A stretch of DNA of 64,000 nt from Vicugna vicugna. Its lineage: Eukaryota. Position 1 is the stretch's first letter. Every line of letters starts with the position of its first letter. This document shows positions 60,530 to 64,000 of the stretch, piece after piece. The notes beneath the pieces are model-generated. The model saw only the letters and a program-made list of their open reading frames with translations. It was not told the origin of the DNA and ran no database searches. The translations under genes were made by a program, and so were the position numbers. The stretch lies in NCBI GenBank assembly GCA_013265495.1, contig MU058824.1:620001-684000 (forward strand), in the 5' to 3' direction.

Positions 60530-63059
60530 GTGAGTATAGAGGAAATTTTTAATTTATAAGAATGAACCCCACCAGCTCCCTTCCTGAAATCAAAACCCAG
60601 CCCTCCAGGGTGTCACTGGGTGCTCTGAGGGGACCCATGACCTTGCCATCCACCTTCTCTTTGGGAATCTCTCACTAGTTGTTACCAAAGCCACCAGTAG
60701 GGTCACCCTGGTCCAAAAAAGGCATCACATCTTTCCTTACCTTCCTGTAACACAGCGGAGACCAGGCTAGAAGGTTCAGTAAAGACTCAGCTACAGGATT
60801 GAGGTGGGGAACAGAACAGGGGTGGCAAAGACATGTCAGTCACAGAGAGTGACAAGTGCACACTGATCTGGCTTGGCGAGTGCAGTTTTCTCTCTTCAGG
60901 CTGGGTCAGTAGCATCTCTAGGGTTTGTCTTGGGCAAAAGGGCACGCTTGAGGAGCGCTCACCTTGTGAATGTCCCCAAACCCTCCCAGCTGTTCTTAAT
61001 CGTCGCTTCCATGGTGTCTGTACTCCTCTTTCCTGGAGAGTGATGCTTGTTTCTTTCACTGCACAGCACATCTAGCGATTTGTGCATCCTGGGAAGGAGG
61101 TGCTTGTCACTTTTGAAATGATAACAGATAGGGCCAGTCACAGTAGGCATTGGGAGAGCCACATTGTCAAAGCCTCACATTTAGGAATAGCTTTAAATGT
61201 AGACATTTGATGTTATTTATGTTACTTGAAGTTAGCATAGCCACAGACATACACTGATCTAATTATATTTTTAAAAAATTATCATACATGACTTGAAACT
61301 ATGTTCTATGGCCAGATCACATTAGCTGTTAGGTACTGTAAATTTTGCATTTTGTAAACCTATAAATATTAGACTAGGTATATATTTATCGAGTATAAAC
61401 ATTTAGAATATATCACACTTTTTGTAATGCTCTTTTGGAATTTCTTAATTTTCTAAAATATTGCCACTCTCAGAAATTGGAAGTAGTCTGGCCTCTGTAA
61501 GGCCCTTGACCTTCTCCATCCTCTATGCTGTCCATGGGGAGTGGTGGACTTCTGTAAGAGAAGGAGGGAGGTTTATAGAGATAATCTCTCTGTTGTGGTG
61601 GATGAAGGCAATGATTCTTAAACTTATATGTGCAACAAAATTTCCTAGGAAGCTTATTAGAAATGGCACACAATGCACTGGGAATTTCTGACCCAGACCC
61701 GAGATCTTGACTCGGGGTGTGAGACTACTCTTTGAGAAGACCTGCAACAGATTGTAGAGGAGCTATTGGGGGAAATTGAAGTGTAAAAGAGGTCCCTTTT
61801 GGGAAATAAATAATGATTCCTTCTGGGAATAGTGAAGACTCTGTCAGAGAGAGAGGTTTCCCCTACTAGGATCAAAAAAGGAACAGAGCAAGGGATCCGG
61901 TAGATGAGAAAGCAGAAGGGAGGCTGGGGTGGCCGGGGAGATGTCTGAATGAGCAGATTGGAGGCGAGGGGGTAGACAGTTATGCTGGAGGAATGTGGGA
62001 GGGGGCAGCTTCTGGGGGAATTCACTGGAGAGGAGTGGTGAGTAGACCTCAGAGAAGAGCAGGCTCATCCCAGAGGGTCGGAAAGCTGAGCCCGAAGCTG
62101 AAGAAGGAGCAGAGGCTTTGGGGTTGGTATCAGAAGAAGCTCGGAACCAACCACTCCTGCCAGAAACTGTGAACAAGCTGGAATAATCCCCATAGGTCAC
62201 TCAGCTAATACATGCCCAGTGAAGACTGACCTCTTATGACATTTTAATTAATTTATCTTTTTGTAAAAAGAAGGGAGTACTAAGAGTGCTGGGGGAGAGA
62301 AGGGAGGGATCCCAACCTGAGGGGTAAGGAGTGTTTTCCTAGATTTCCGAGTTGTTTGAGCTAAGTGAAGGTGACATTCCTTCATAGAGCCACCTGCGTC
62401 TCTTGTACCATCAGTACTTCTGCCACAGGGTCAGTTTTATACAGTTTTTAAAAATGATAGTTTAAACATATCCATTCCATTTTCGTGATCAACGCATAAC
62501 TTGTTAGTGTTAACAGATCCAAAGTTCTGTTACTTTTTGTCCATTCTAAGAACCTACTGCAGAACCCTTCCTGTGAATAATAAGGGAAATATATCCACTC
62601 TTTATGTGATTAAATAATGATTGGGCTTTCTTTGGTTTTAAATATCGGTGATCTTTGCTACAGAAGTTTTTCTTGACTTTAAGTTCTACTTCTTTAAGTT
62701 TTACTGCTGATAGCAACTGTGTCCCCTATTTTGGAGTTATCTGCTTAGCAACTTGACTGTGAGCCATTTGAGCAAACAGTGCAGTTCTCAAGCTTTCTGG
62801 ATTGCAAAGCTCTATTGTTCCTTGACTTCCACATATTATCCATTTTTTCCCCTAGTGGAACAACATTAGTAGATTACAGCAAAAACTCATAACAACTCAA
62901 CTCCTATTTTGCTTCTGTTGGGGCCATCACAGGTAATGGTTTCCAAGGTATAAAAAATAGAACAAATCGTGTTAACGGGGGTTTGAAATCAAAGACAGTT
63001 GTTGGATGTGTGTGTGTGTTCCTGTGGTTCATGTGCAGAAAGTCAAAAGATAGTCAACC

Positions 63060-63600
63060 TAAATAATTCAACAAATTTACTTAGTGCCTGAAATATGCCA
63101 GACACTGTTTCAGTGCTGGGGATATAAGAGTGGACCAAGCACTGATCCTGTTCTCAGGGAACTTACACCCTTGTAGTAGGAGATGGATAACAAAGCGGGT
63201 GGCAGGAGGTAGGATATGTGTGCTGTTTCATAGTAGGGTAGTTAAATTAGGCCTCGGTAATAAGGGACACTTGAGCAGAGACTTGAAAGAAGTGAGCAAG
63301 TCTAATGGATATGTGGGGAAAGGAAGGTTAGATACAAAGGCCTTGATATAGGAGATTGCAGAGCATCTGGAGGAATAGCAAGGAGACCAGTGGGAGTGGA
63401 GTGAAATGGATAAGGGGGAAAGTGAAAAAAAATGAGGTCAGAAAGTCAGCGGGGAAGCTCATGGAGCATCTCTGAGGCCACGGAGTGAAGACTCTGAAAA
63501 TTTTTTTCCCATGGTGAAGTAGGAAGCCCATGGAGGATTTTGAGCAAAGGAATGTTGTAAATATATTAACAGGACCAATGTGTCTGCTATCATGGTACTG
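63060..63600 (-). mobile_element. L2a 3' fragment
   Basis: 'attcaacaaatttacttagtgcct...tgccagacactgtt', 'ttgagcagagacttgaa', 'ggaggattttgagca'. Confidence 0.85.
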
Positions 63601-64000
63601 TGTTCCCTAGAAGTGGAGACTGAGGCAGGGGCGTGTGTGCGGTTTCCAGAGAAACTGGTAGGGGCTGAGGGAGTGGGCTGGAAGAGAAGAGTGGTCCCAT
63701 GGGGAGCTGTGGAGTGTAAACTTCACCTTAGAATTTTTCCCACTTGAGACAAGGGAGAGAGGCTTTCTACCTTCACCTTGGTTATTGGCTAAAGACTCTC
63801 CGGAAGGGTATGGACAACGTAAATCCCAGGCACTTCCAGGTGTGGTAGCTTCCACTGCCCAAGTGCAGTTCTCGCTGATGCGCTCACAGCGGTGGGGGAA
63901 GGCTTACCAACCAAATTGAGGAAAGGTCCTGACTGAGCATGCCCACAACATTTTCTGCATGGAGTAAGGCTGGAGTAGAGACATCAATTAGCAGGCTAAT

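Noticed and set aside
62052..62186. Glu-rich + strand reading frame (EKSRLIPEGRKAEPEAEEG...)
   Set aside because: An in-frame stop lies just upstream, there is no good acceptor tract, and purine-rich DNA explains the composition.
1..64000. Prokaryote-type systems (CRISPR arrays, operons, defence islands) or rRNA genes
   Set aside because: This is mammalian repeat-rich DNA with no repeat-spacer arrays, long ORFs or rRNA motifs.

Overview
AT-rich, CpG-depleted mammalian genomic DNA, most likely from a camelid (alpaca, llama or camel). The assignment rests on a vic-1-type tRNA-Ala-derived SINE at 22386-22531 and a camelid-type young L1 3' end at 26161-26424. I could not recognise any protein-coding gene. 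The listed ORFs are short, mostly overlap repeats and look spurious, so the window is intronic or intergenic. A large part of it is transposon fossils: L1, L2, MIR, MaLR/ERVL solo LTRs, and hAT/Tigger MITEs. Manual translation showed features the ORF track misses. These are a decayed APE-endonuclease plus RT LINE of probable RTE-X/L4 type (~48230-49500, +), a reptile-like CR1 ORF2 fossil (~44400-45390, -), two more CR1/L3 pieces, and a possible RTE C-terminus. There are also a few unverified exon candidates with strong splice signals, one with its 3' splice site folded into a perfect 12-bp hairpin, and a MEF2/CArG/ETS motif cluster near 60 kb. I found no convincing novel biological system. Repeat family names come from remembered consensus motifs, and boundaries are approximate unless a TSD or TIR is cited.
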